This document shows, piece by piece, positions 28,736 through 43,700 of a stretch of 64,000 nt of DNA. The position numbers were made by a program, and so were the translations under genes. The DNA comes from Barthelona sp. PCE (lineage: Eukaryota). Under the pieces are notes generated by a model. The model did not search any database and was not told the origin of the DNA. It saw only the letters and a list, made by a program, of their open reading frames with translations. The stretch is taken from positions 124,001 through 188,000 of the forward strand of contig JAUFOR010000004.1 in the NCBI GenBank assembly GCA_040285745.1, in the 5' to 3' direction. How positions within the stretch are numbered: the first letter of the stretch is position 1; each line of letters starts with the position of its first letter.

Positions 28736-31700
28736 ATGTCTAGACCAGGGGCTGAAAACTCAAAAAATAGCCGCTACTCTGTATATAGCAAGCATTCTAA
28801 TTTTTCTGCATGCATGCGAGTCACAAACTTATTTGCAAGGGGAACTTTATCCCTCTTGAAGCCTTTATTTGTATTTTTAATGTTGTCGAGCATGTTAGTT
28901 CATGTTTCAGCAACTAACTGTACTTTCACAGCTGGAGCAGGTCTCTCTGTTGATAAGTATGGTTCCAATGGTAACTGGGACTGCGCAAAAATCCCCACAA
29001 ACACGGATGATGCGTTTCTCAACACAACTACAGATCCATTGGTTTTGTTGCTTGATCGCTCAATTAACAACATGAAAATAACATTGGATGGTGCTTCCCT
29101 CTACATGAAGGACGGCGAACTTTCGGTCCAGAACGATTTTACTTTAAATTGTACTGGGTGCCAAGTCCACGGTGTTTCTATGACGGTTGACGGTGATTTT
29201 TATCACTATGAAGGAATTCATGGTGATACATGCACGCCATCTGGCTGTTCTGGCTCTCGAAACAGTGGCGATACCATTGTTTCTGGTGACTATATCTTCT
29301 CTGGACCACAACCCAAGCGATTGTATAATCGTGTTATCAAAGTTGCGGGTGATGTTCGATTCGAAGATGGTGTCACACAGATTATTGTTGGCTACGGAGG
29401 AAAATTAGTGGTTGATGGGACAGTTTACTTCCCCCATCACAGCTTATCATTCACCCAACGTGTTCCGGGTGATACAGAAATGTACACTCTTGAATTCAAC
29501 TCTTTTGTTGAATTCTCAAAGTACTCCACTATGTATAATCGTTCAACTTTCTTGTTCGAAGCTGATATTGGTAGTACTGCTAATTGGCTTATTGGAGCCG
29601 ATGAGCTCAACTTCAAGGCATGCTTTTTCTCATTTGTCGATCCTGCCGATTCAGGCGTAAAGGGTGTTTGGGAGTTCATCGGTGAGGCTGGTCATCCTAT
29701 CGTTATTTTCCATGACAATCAGGAGTGTTTGGCTACTGACTTTGAGCATCAAACCTTCTTCAAGATTGACGCTGGATACGATCACGTATCCAACCCTAAC
29801 GCGACGAACGGTATCCTTCAACTTAGTGGTAAATCTTTTGCACTCAACGGTGACGAGCTTCTTTTCGATTCCATCTCCGTTTTTTCACTTTACTGTGATG
29901 AAGTGCGTTTAAAGAGCAGCAATTACGTTGGAGAATTTGACTCCTTTTATTTAACTGGTGGCTTTGGCTTCGTCGGCCTCAACATCAAGTTCATTGTTAA
30001 GGATTTATATTTGAATCGTGAGGGTGGCTACACAGGTGAAATCTTTATGAACACATTCATAGAGACAGATCACTTAATTCAGGATAACTATGATTTGACT
30101 ATTGCAGGTGAACTTATCGTAAACGATTTGTATATCTTCAACAGATCGGTTATCACGTTCGACCATACTGTGTTCATCACAGTTCATGATACGATGGAGT
30201 TCTACTCTGGTACTTTTAACGGTCTGGTTACGGATTTTGAAGATAATGGACTTCACGTTGATACGTTGAAGCTCTTCTCATCAGAACCCAAAACCACATC
30301 TTTTCTAACCATTAATACTAACTCAACCTTCTGGGACAAGGGCACATGGCTTGCTAACAATGCCAAGTTTGTCTTTCAATATTTCGAAATCGCCCCTTTT
30401 AATGTTTCAGAATATAACGATGCTACTGAGTATCATTACATTAAGCATACGTCTAATGATGTCACAACGATTCGTACAAAGAATTTGAATCGTACAACAA
30501 CTGGTGACACACTTTTCCATGCTTACGTTCATCTAAACAACGGTACACTTGTTGGAAAGGACTCTGTTTCCTTCGGTGCAGGTGGTCGTGCTGATGAGCT
30601 TATGTCTGCTCAAGAAAACGTTACTGTTGCTTTCGTACATGATACTTTGGTCGATTCAGATGATACAAAGTGGGATTTTGCACCTAATTCGTTGGAAGTC
30701 ATCACTCGTGTATTAATCGACGGTGCAGTAATGGAGATCAACAACAACGTTGATATCTCAGACGCTAACTGCGTGTGGGAGATTATCGATGGTGAGTTTG
30801 AATCACATATTGCGCACCCCATTTCTCATCTTATTCTTGGAGGTGGTAACTGTGAGTTCACAGATATTCATGAAATTGAGAACATTACCATCTTAGCTGA
30901 TGGTAAGCACGAATTTATGACCAATATGAATATTTCACGTATTTACTCACACTCTGCTTCTTCTGGTGGTGCCAAGGTAATATTTTGGGAACCTGTAGAC
31001 ATTAACGAAATGGAAACAACTTCAGGACACTCTATTGTGTTTGAAGAAGTATCCACCTTCAATCGAATCATTCAGACTAATGGTCACAATGAATTCATCG
31101 TTCCCACAATTATTGATGAAGCGTTCATTTATAATGGTAACTTCTCTGGTCTTGGAAACAACACTATCAACCAACTTACTTGGAATGGTGGTTACATCAC
31201 GGGTGCTGATTCTACGTACTACGATCTGTTGATCCTGAAACCCTATCTTTTCGTCAAGGACTGGATTAAGGGTGTTGGTACGGCAAACCACTTTCTTTAT
31301 GGTCGTAACATCATCTTGGAAGCTGGAACTTTGTTTGAATACACTGGTACAGCTAGATTATACTGCCACGATGATGCAGTTCTGTTCATTGAGTCAAGTG
31401 CACTCTTCCAGATGAATACAACAGCTGGTCCCGTTATTTGGTCCCAACATGTTGGTTCACGTGCTCGTTGTCAAATCAAGGTTCGTCTTGGTGGTGATTT
31501 GGAGAAAATTGGTGCCAATTTGTGGACGAGTGATTGGGGTATCTCAACAAAGGGTAATGTTTCCCTTTGGGAAGGAACATGGAGACAACGTGCTCCCATT
31601 CTAATCGATTATATCTTTAACGTTAACAGCTCAACTCACTTTGAAATCTATTATGTCGGATATACGCTTGATATTTATCACGATTTCTCATGGAGAGAGA

Positions 31701-34700
31701 ATGCTGTATTGAACATTGGTGGTTTGTTTTCAGCCAATAACAACGCCTTTGTGTTCATTAATCAGTACGCCAAAATTCGCCCTTACGAATTCGACAGAGG
31801 CAACCTCCACTTCAAGTCTACATCAGACATTGTGCTTGATGCACCATTCAATATGACCAACCAAATCATTGAAGCTGATACTGCAGTCTTCACTCATGCC
31901 GATGGAGCACACTCCGATACTATCACAATCACACGTGGTACTCACACATGGCTTGGTGAGCAGAAGTTTGATGGAATGACCATTAGTGGAAGTTCTTCAA
32001 CCTTCAACGCTCATGTTAATGTGTCTGCGACATATCGACAAACTGCAGGTACTGTGAAGATGAAGAGCTCTGCCAATATGACTCGTCTCGAGATTTGTGG
32101 AGGTACCCTCACTGTCACTGGTGCACTGTACGTAGATAGTATTGACTTCTGCGGAGGTAAGCTATACATTGAAGGAGATCTCTTCATTGAAGATGTGGTC
32201 ATTGCGGTTACGGATTCCCTCAACGTTCTTGCCCCAGGTTCCGTTTACTCCAAGACTTTCACCATGAATGCAGGTTCTGCCACTATTTCAAGGATGTTAG
32301 TCGATGTAGTCACAGTTAATGGTGGTACGCTCCAGGTTGCCAATGGAAACATTGATGAACTGGCATGTGCGGCTGGTAACTTCAGAGTAACTGTTGATGT
32401 TAGCATTAACAGTACTGTTGTTAACAACTGTTATTTGCTGAGTGTTGGTACAATTAACCTCAACTACGTTTGGATGATTGGTGCCTCTGGCAGACTTGAG
32501 AACCAAGCCGCCTCGACCATTAATAATATTGATCAGACGCTGGGTTTCTTCTACATCAACTCACTTCCAATCGAGATCGTCAATCATACAATGCGTGGTG
32601 GTATCTTCTCCGCCAACAACCTTGTGCATGAAGTTCAGAACCTGCATTTTTACGGAGGTGATATCACATATCACACTGCTAATCAGATTCTAACCCTGAC
32701 AGGCAACAGTGAGATCCACGCAGGAACGAAGACACTTAGAAGACACATCAAGAACACTGGTTCACTCACTTTCTATGAGGGTGGTGTTCAATTAATGTAC
32801 TATACTAAGCTTGAAAACGCCATTGGTGGTGTTATTCACTTCGATAAAAGCATTACGAATCAGTATGTGTTTGATGTCAGCAACTGGAATGCTCAATCTT
32901 CAACAACAAAGGCTACATATAAGCGTAACACCCTCACCAACAAAGGAAAGATTGAGGTCAACGGTACTGTTTTCATGACAACCCAGCTCGTTGTTGAAAA
33001 TGGAGGTCTCGTAGAAGTGTGGAATGATTCACTCACTTTGCATGGTACCTCATTCGCAGGCACGTTCAATATTTTTGAAGGTGCGTTGTTGAGGTGTATT
33101 AACTATGGTCTCACAGCCGATTACCTCGGTGTCATTGAAGGTGATGGATCCGTTCTAATCGAGTCATCGTCAACCTTAAGCATTAAGGACGGTTCAAGAT
33201 ATAATATTAAGGACACCACAACAGTTCGCGGACATTTGGACATTCAAGTTGGTGCAATCATCACGTCCATTGGTTCTAATGTTGTGGTACAGTCAGGTTC
33301 AGTTTCTATCACTGACGATCACTTGGTGTTTGTTGATAACGTTACTGTATCCGGTGGTTCTGTTAATGTTGCATCGAAAATGTCCATTGCAGATACGCTC
33401 ACGATCACTGGCGGTACACAAACTTACACAGGTGAGTTTGATGTCGCACACGTTGTCCACAGCGCTGGTACACTCCGTCTACAGGGTGAAAGCGATGTTT
33501 CTGTCGACTATCACTCTTCAGGATCAGCTATGCTTAATGTTCAGACCTTGAATCTTGACATACTGCTACTGAACCTGACGGGAGGTACTGTTGACGTTGA
33601 TCCCACATACGAACTGAAGATTGTCAATCTTTATCACGACGGTGGTAACCTATTCAGTGATGGCCTCACCGTAATTGGACTCAAGTACGAGTTCCTCAGT
33701 GGAGATGTCCGCTGCTATGATGGTATTGTTCGAGTAGATGGAATAACATACATTCGTTCAATGGGAACCAAGCGCCTGTTTGGATCAACCACAAAATCTG
33801 CCACGTTATCATTCGTAGGCGATGTCCATTGGGAAGAGTCTAATATTGCACTAGGAAATAAGGCCATGTTTGTTATTGAGCCTTCCTCAATTCTAAACAT
33901 TGACTTTTGGACGGCCGATTACACGGTCTCAACGTTTGCTTCATCTTCATATCCGTCCCTCTTTTGGGTAAAGGGTTTGATGAACAAATACAACTCCACA
34001 AAGGTTACGTTCGCAGCACCCGTTACTTTCGACTCAACTACCCACGTTTACAAGGGTATCGTTGAGGTTGCGGGAACGGGTCAGTGTAACAACTACTTCA
34101 CGCTTGACAACGCAACTCTCCTGATCACTTCCAATTTCTTCTTTGGATTTGGTTCAGATATCGTTGGTTCAACCGACACCATATTAGAATTCAAATCAGG
34201 TGACATCACCACTGATCGTACTTTCTTGTACAACAATGGTACGTTCCTCATGACGGGTGCAAACGTTGTATTCGATTCTTCAACGTTCCTCATCCGTGTT
34301 GGTTCCAAGCTTAACGTAACATCAGGTAATCTGATGTTCGATCGTTCAGATTGTGAACTGGACGACGTACATGTCAGCGGTGGTGTGATGGATATTAACG
34401 CCATCGTTTCCATTGAATCACTCAACATGACAGCTCCAGGCGGCTTATTCGAGCTATCTCGTTCCGTAACTATCAACGGTGATTTCGACCTGTTTGCAGG
34501 TACAGTCACTGATGACGGTCAATTGGTGGTGCTTGGTATTCTGCGTTGGTTTGGTGGTGCGATTTCGGGTATGGGCAGATTGCTAACTGATGGCTCTGTG
34601 GATATTTATGATTCTGGTTCTTCGAAAGATCTTCGTATTTCAGAATTCATCAACACAAAGGAGTGTCGCTGGCATGGCGGTGATATTGACTGTTATGACG

Positions 34701-37700
34701 ACGCTTCCTTCAAGAACCTAGGTGAATCTTCATTGTTGCTGATTCCTGGTGGTTCTATGCTTTACAAGGGCACAGATGCCGATGCGCATCCTGCGATCCT
34801 TGAAAACTTGGGTAACATTACCAAGTACGATGCTGACGAGGCTGTCTTTAATATTAAGGTTAAGGACTCTGGTCGCACTGTTCTTGTTGAAGGTGTTCTT
34901 TCTTACACAGGAGGTATCGAGTCTATGGGCTACACGTTCATCAACGACAGCGCGGTTATCCAGTTCGCTGGTCCTACACAGCGATACTTCCCTGCTGCCG
35001 AAATTGTTGGACCTGGTCTTCTACGTGTTAGTGCCGGTGCCACAGTTACATTCACATGTAAGTTCAATGTTACTGGTGATACAGAGATCGCTGGTGGTAC
35101 TGCTTACTTCGAGCCAGGTCTTCAACTGACCAACATTGGTTCGTTACTGAATATCTCAGGTGGTATATGTAATTTCCACGGTTATCCATGTATTGCTAGT
35201 GATGTTCTCGTCATTGGTGGTACTTTTATTTCTGATTCTGATGTTACAGTCAACGGTAATTTCACACAAACTGCCGGTACTGATGTACTCGACTCCAACG
35301 CTGTTGTTTTCGGTACATTCAACCTTTCAGGTGGTGACTTTGGCGGTGATGGTGCAACAACCCTTAACGGTCCTGTTCATTGGTCAGGTGGTCTGATCTC
35401 AGGAGGTAACGTCTTCGAAGCCAACGAAGAGGTCTTCCTTACAGGTGGTGATAAATTCATCAACCGTCGTCGTTTCGAACTGAGAAAATCTGCTGTCTAC
35501 GAAAGCGGTGATATTTATGGTAAAAACGCTGCAAGTCTCATCGTTTCTACAGGCTGTACTTTAGATCTAAACCCTGGTGCTGACATGTACTTCTGGGATA
35601 ACGAAGGTGTTCGACCCGAACTCGGTAATGCGCATCTGATCAACAAGCTTGGTGCATCAAAGGTCACTGTTGAGTGGTACTATAACGCAATTGCAAAGCT
35701 TGATGTCCAGGAAGGTATCTTTGATTCAGCAGGCGGTGGATGGCTGGCTGGCAACATGACACTTGCCGCGTCAACATCTTTCGAAGTCTCTGGTGGTGTT
35801 GGTTTCACATTTGCTAATGGCTCAGACGTCTTTGGTGTCGGTGAGCTGTTACTAAGCGGTGGTGATGTCACAATGATGTCAGGTGCTTCAATCTCTCTCG
35901 ATCCAGGTGCCTCCGACCTCATCGTCGATGGTGCTGATGTCGCAGTACAGGATGATGTTACGCTTACTGTGTATTCTATCACTGTTGATGGTCCTCCCAC
36001 TTCTATTCTTAACTTTGAGGGTTACAAGTCCATCAACCTACCTCCTACTGTTGTTCAGGGTGGTTTCCTGAAGGCACGCGCACAAGTTACATTCACCACC
36101 CCTGTTGAATTTACAGGTGGTGAATCAAGTTTCTCAGGTGCAGTTAATGTACAAGATACAATGCTTGTATCTGGTGGTACTCATGCATTCCACAACTATA
36201 CAACTGCTGATGCTGTTGTTACTGTAACTTCTGGTGTTCTCACGGGTGATGGCCGCCTTGATTTCCAGGACCAGCTTATCTTCGAAGGCGGAACTATATC
36301 TGGTGGTGGCCTGTTAACAGCATCATCATTTACATTCCAGACTCCCACAGTCAAGGTATTGAAGGAGAGAACAATTAACTTCGCAAGTACGCTAGACTGG
36401 ACTGCAGGTGATATCGAATTACATGACGCTGTTCTTTTTAACGTCAGTGAAGCAGCAACTCTCAATTTCGATCTTACTGGTGATTACTCACTCAAGCACA
36501 TCAGCGGTATTGACTCTGTCATTGATAACTACGGTCTTATTGACATCAACAATGGTCTGAGCTCTACTATTATGACTTTAGATGTCCTGATCAACAGTTA
36601 CGCTGATATTACCGTGACGCAGGGTATTATGGACATTTATTCAAGGTTTACGTCCGAGGATCTCATCTCTATTGCTGCTAATGGTGTTCTCCGCGTTTCT
36701 GACAACGAGTTCAGTGTTGTAGGCGGCTCACTTACCAGTGTAGGTAAGGTTGAGTTCATTGGTGGATCTTCAATTGTTCGCGATGCTACATACAATATCA
36801 TCGACACTTTGGTTGATGGTGGTGATGTAATTATTCGTGACAGTGTTACACTCACTAAGTTGGGTAACCCTGCTGAAGTGCGTTCAGGATCCTTAGATCT
36901 ACGCGTTTCTCCTCCCAGTTCATCAGATATTGACGTTACTGGTGGTATTCTGCTTTTCAACTGTCTTGACTTCAACGTTAACACTCTGGAGATCACATCA
37001 GGTGAGCTGAAAGGTAAGGGAACGATCACTGTTGATGGCTCATTCGACTTCAAGGGTGGTCTTCTCAACGATATTGGTACCATCAAAGGTGACAACATTC
37101 AGATTTACAACAGCGCAGCTTCAAAATATATGGACCAGTTCTCTATTCAGTCAACCAGTTCCATGATTTTGAATGAAGGTTATTTGTACGGCACAAAGGA
37201 TTCAAAACTTGTTGTCGACGCTGGAGCAAAACTGACTGTCTCAGGTGGTAGTACCGAAAAGCTTCTGCGTAATGCACTAGATGAGTTCACCTCTATCGAA
37301 GTGTACGGTACCCTCGAGGTATCTGTTGTAGGTACACTTGATCTGGACTGGGACATTGTCGTATATAGTGGCGGTGTTGTTGACATGAAGTTGGGCAATA
37401 TCAACCTACGCGACAGTAAGGTGAAATTCCTTGCTGGTTCAACATTCAACATTGATAATGGTGTCTTCGTATTCGCAACATGTGACCGAAACCTCTTCAT
37501 TGATAACACTGCCACATTCACAATTGGCACAGCTGGTAAGTTCCATGTGCAGAGTTTCAATGTCTTCATTGATACTCCAGTTGTAGGTGCAGGTGAAATT
37601 ATTATTTCTGGTACAGGAACAGTTGTACTTGGCGACAATGCTGACTTAACTGGTCTAAGCGGTCTTGAAGTGCAAACAGGCGGAGAACTCTACGTACCCT

Positions 37701-40700
37701 GTACTTCGACCGACTTTGACGGTACACTCACGATCAGTGGTGGTGCTATTGACGGTGATGGTGACTTTAACGTTGCATCACTTGTTGTCACTGGTACTTC
37801 GACCGTGCGCAACCTTGTTGTCAACGTTGATGATGTTACTGTCTCTGGAATCCTAATTCTTCAAGAGGCTGTCATTTTTGCTGCTGCTACATTCAAAACT
37901 ACGAACGCTGTTGCAAACACATATATTAGGTTCCGTAGTTCCGAGCTCCAAATTGGTGCTAGTGCTACTCTTACTATCGATGGTACAAGCTCCCATCTTT
38001 ATTTCCAAGATTATGATGTTTTCGAAAAGGAGTCTCTTGTTTCTATTCTGGGAACAGTTACTGTAGGCTCACATAAAATCATTCCATATGTTCGTATTTC
38101 GATAGATGCTGCCGCATCATTCACACATACCACTGATTTCGCCGTATATAACGACGTTTACATTGATGGTACAGTGACAATGACTGATGGAATTGATTTT
38201 ACTGCTCTAAATGGTGCAAAGATCACTTTCTCACCGTCTTCAACTTTTGTTAGTGGTGTGCTTAAAGCAAGTACTAACGGTATTGTTGAGTTCAAGGGTA
38301 CATCCACAGCTACCAACCACTTCTTCGTGAACAGTGGTGATCTCATTCTTGATGGGAATTTCGATATTGCAGCGGCATTAGAAGTTCAGACCAATGGTCA
38401 TGTGTACGTAAAGCAAAACAGCGCCGCAGGTCTTCCTAACACAATTATCCACAATGGTGGTACTGTGCACTACGAAGTTGACACTGATGTTGTTGATTTA
38501 ACCCTTTACAGTGGTGGTGATATTTACATTGATCCTGAGGTTACTATTTCCTTAAAGTCAACTGGTACAGCCACATTCTTGGGCGGTAACATTCGAAGCC
38601 ACTTTACAGGCATAATTAACATCGATGCAGGATCTACTACAGTGTTTGGAAATGTGGGCTCTAGTGGCAGTGTGTACTTCTTTGAAGGAACAATTAACGT
38701 TGAGGGAACAATGAACCTCGACTACAGTTACCTCTATCTCAAGTTCGATGCTACAATCAACGTTGCAGTCGGTGGTGTACTCACTCTCAAACCTACCCAA
38801 GATGTTGCTAACCGTCATCATTATATTGAGGGCGGTACTATTAATATATATGGTGCGTTGAAGGATGAGCGAGCAAACTCAGACAGTAACGATTATTGGT
38901 ACATCAAGACATCTTTGAACATTCATAATGGTGGTGTTTTCAATATGGACAATGGTGTTGTTTTGTTGTATGTCGAATCCAACGTTCATGCTGGTGCTAA
39001 TATTCTTGGCACAGGTGCTTCACGATTGGACTATGAAAGTGGTATCCATACCCTTGCAGGTGTATTTGACGGTTACTACCTTCAAACATCGGGTGCTGAT
39101 GCAACAACTCTGACTGTAACAGGACAGATTACTGCTTCTCATCGTTGTTATTTCAATTCAATTGTTTACTACGATAGTGTCGATCCCATTAGCTGTTTGA
39201 ATGATAAGGTTGAGATCCTTGATGATTTCCACATTGTCTCGTTCCTCACACCTCAGAACATTGAGTTTGCAGTCACAAGTGATGCACGTTTGTTCATTGA
39301 AACCAATATTACAATCGATAACCTCCTCTTACAGACATCAACCAATTATGGTATTTATCTTTTAGCAACTCTTAATATTGCCAATACTTTTAATTGGCAG
39401 TATGGTGACTTTCACGGTACCCATGCACTTGTCGCCAATGACATTATAATCAATAGTGCAAGTAATAATCGTCGTGTTTATGATTCTGCAACTGTTCATG
39501 TGATTAACATATTAACTTGGAGTCATGGTAAAGTTGGTCTGTACGATACGGCTTCATTTGTCTTGAAACCAGGATCAACAGCCAATCTCGGATTCGTAGA
39601 TCACTATTATGGTTTCATGGGTGGTTCAACAGGTTACTTTATTCTGAATGGAGCAACAGTCAATTTCCAGTACACTAATGACTACTACGGTGATTTTTGC
39701 GCCAACATTCAGGCAAAGGACACAACGTTTAACTTCCGTCGCTGCCGTACTCGAGTGTATGCTCTTTACAATAAGTTTGAGAACTGTCTGTTTACATTCG
39801 ACTCCACATCCTCATACGATGACTTGGACTTCTTCACTGGTGAAACTCACTTGATTGACACCACTATGACGTTCACAGATAGCAACGATAAGTTCCGTGT
39901 TGATCACGGGTCCAAGGTTATGATGAGTGGTACGACAAATATCGCAATGGTGCATGGAAATAACATTATTGGACAAGGTACATGTTCTGGTGACCGTGGT
40001 CTTTATATCACAGACACTCTCAACGTGGCTGGTTCTGGTCGTTTCAGCTTCAGTAGTGGTTTCCATACATACTGGCATGATAACCCAATCATCAACTATG
40101 GTGTTTCAACCATAGCATCAGGTGAGCACTTCATCGTGGACACAACGTTCATTGATATGCTCAACATCACAACAGGTGCAATCTGGATTGTGTCAGGTAC
40201 TGTTAGCATCAACACAGTCAGTTGGACTGGTGGATACTTATACGGTATGAATGACCCTAATGATGTAACGGTGCTCAACATTGATACATTAAGTTGGAAC
40301 AACGGTTATTTGTACCAACATATAATGTTGAACGTCGATCACTTCTTTGCCAATCCAGCTTTAAACACACACATACAGTTCGGTGCTGGCTCTGTTGTCA
40401 ATGTTTTGATCGATGGTAACTTTACAGGTGGATACTTGTATGGTTCTATGAATAGTTTGTACGGTGCCAGACTTGTAATCGAGACTGGTGCTGTTTTTAA
40501 TATTTACTTCGACAATGGTGCATCATACTTTTTCCGTCGCTATAGTAGTGGTGCATCCGAAGCTACCTTTGAGAACAAGGGAACTGTCAGATTCTATGGA
40601 CACGATGTTCCATCATGGACTGTGATTACTTCTCGTCAGTATGTTGATTGGGATGTCATCAATCATGCAGGCGCAACGATGGAGATCATCGATGGCGCTG

Positions 40701-43700
40701 ATGTAGAGTTCAGACGCGGTGGTCTCTTTGACGGTACATTCACATGCTCTGATCTCGGAACCAACGTTCGATTCGGATCACCTACCCCTTTCTATTTCAT
40801 TGGTTATTTCAACCCTGATTGTTCTGTGACATTTGATGGAAGTTCAGTAACCTATGTATACGGTGAATGGGATGTTCAAAACGATAACTTAATTAAGTTT
40901 GGTCACAAGATCTACTTCCAGGAATCCCACGAACCTGATCCGTCCAACGATCGTAAGCAGGCCTACACCACTGCAGTTATAACAACAATTGGTGTGTGGG
41001 AGAGTACGGGTAAGATTTACCTTAACTCTCACAACCTCGTTTTTGATTCAGACTTTACACAAACTTCTGGTGAGCTCCACTTTGATGGAACTATCACTAT
41101 GAACCCGGGTACAACATTTGCGTTCAACGGTGGTAATTTCTACGGTGGAACACTGAATGTTGCTGGAGATTTCCTCATTGGAAACAGTGCAGTAACTTAT
41201 TTCTACACTGGTATTATCAACCTATCAGGTTATGGTCTTTGGACTTATCAACACATTTACTTCTATGACAGCTTTGTGCTTCACATTGCAGCAAATGGTG
41301 TCTTTGAAGTTGATCCTCTTTCGTCTGGTTATGGTTGGTATCACAGTAGAACATCGAGTTCGATGAACTATGATGCTAAGATCATCAATGATGGTTTCTT
41401 TGTTGTCAACTGTAGTATACCTTCGTACTGTAACTACATGAGCATCAGACCCCTGTTTATCAATAACAACGGATCTCACTTTGCAGCTGGTAACACTCGA
41501 TTCTTATCGAGCACAGAGTGGTACGGAACAACAAACGTTTCTGGAAACGCCATTCTTTCATTACATGCAGAATCAACGTACAATCCAGTCACGCATGTGT
41601 TTGACGATACCATGATATGGTTGAATGAATCCACGTCTATTCTTAGTTGTGAGAGTGGTACAACCATTTTCAAGAATACAATCGATTACTACGGTGATCT
41701 TTCTGCTTTCGGTGGTGCTATTGATTTCGATCCGAGCGTTGATCTTGTATGGATGAACGCCGAGGCCAAACTTACCATTCAGGGTTCAACATCAAAGACA
41801 TACCTAACACAGCTACCCAACAACTTTATTTGGGAATATGTTGAGGTTAAAAGCGGTGAGCTCATCATTACTGAGGATCTTGCTATACGTCGTCTTGAGC
41901 AGAGCGCAGGCATAATTGTCATCAAATCCGATGTCACACTCAGTGTAATCGAAAAGTTTGATGTTTCAGGAGGTTATATTCGTGAAGATGGTGTTCTAAA
42001 CGTCAATACAACTGATTACTGTAACATTCGAGGTTCTTATTATATCCGCGATAATTCTGTACTGCAAATTAATTCCACTTGTAACATTATGACATCAGCA
42101 CGTGTCGACCTTCATGGTGAATATTCACGTTTTATCTTGACTGAGACTGGTATGCTAAACGAAACTATGACAGGTGTCAAATACTTTGACTGTGTGCGCG
42201 CTGCTGCTTCCACTAATGGTGGTTGTTACTTCTACGGTACATACTGGCGTAATGTGTCCAGTTCGAATTCAGGTATGCAGATGTTCGGTACAATCATGTA
42301 CTATGACACGTTTGAGCTTCATGATTACACGAATGCAACCTCATACCCATCATCCGAGTTCAAGTTCACTGACGGAACAGGTGAGATGCGCATCGACGGT
42401 ACCATCTTCATCTATGACGATGTTATCATTGACTTTGCAGGATCACCAGTTTATTTGTTAAGTAACGGTCACGTTAATGTGTACGGTACAATGAAGTCCA
42501 GTGGTACTGCTGTCAAAATCCATGGTACAGTTGAGTTCCATCCAGGATCCCTTCTGCATGTTACACAATACAGCTCCATCACTTCTCACACACATTTCAT
42601 GGATGCTGAATATCAGATAGTTGATGGTGTACGCACCAAGACCGAGGAAGCTGGACGTCTAGTTGGTATTGATAATGCACGTTTCAAGTTCGTTGGAGTA
42701 TCTTCTTACGTTGCTCACATTCACTTCCACAGCAACAATCTCACTCTTCACAACCTTGATTGTGGTCATAACGCTTATTTACACATTAAGTCTTCTATGG
42801 TTTTAACCGGAGACGTTAAATTAGACCGCTGTACGTTCAATTGGAACGATGGTGTAAGTTATGTTGAGCGTTTACATGGTGACGAGAAGGTTCCTACTCT
42901 TTGGATTCCAACTGGTACCAATGTCGAAGCTGTAAGCCATGTTTATTGGGGTTGGATCCGTGTTATGCATTATGGTAACACTCATTGGAACACAGGTGGA
43001 ACATTCCATCTTTATTACGGGGCTGTGTTTGAGAACCATGGTTTGCTAAACTTCACATCAAGTTTCTCAATGACTACTACCTCTGGTTCGTTTATCAACA
43101 GTGGTGATGGTAAACTACATGTTACAAAGTATGGTTCAGCCATCACAATGGATGTAACCACTCATTTCATTAACAATGGTTTGGTTGCCCTCGACTCCGA
43201 TAATTCTGGGTCTTGGATTCGCTTCCAATCGCGTATGAACTCGACTGGTGAATTCCGCTTCGAACAGGGTTATATTAGATTCTATGCTGATATTTTCTAC
43301 TTGCTTCCTGGTAACAAGTTTACAGGTTGTCCAAGTTTGATTGATTTTGAGTATGAAGTTTCACGCACATATTGGTTTGATGGTTTCTATCTTGACAGCA
43401 ACTGTCCATATGAAACAAACCTTCGTATTCACAGGAATCGTAATCAGATTTTCTTCCCCGAGTTCTACACAGACTTTTCTACTGATCCACCAACACGTAT
43501 TCCCAGTCAGGATATCGATAACTTATCCGGTAAACCTCATCATTTCCAACTTATTGGTACCACAAGTCCATATTGGGTTTCTGTGTATTTCGAAAACGTT
43601 AACTCTCAATGGAATGAGTTCTTCCTGGAGCACGGAGCTATACATTTAACCAATTCAAAAATGGTTGTTCATGAATATGCCGATCTTCGTCATTTCTCCA

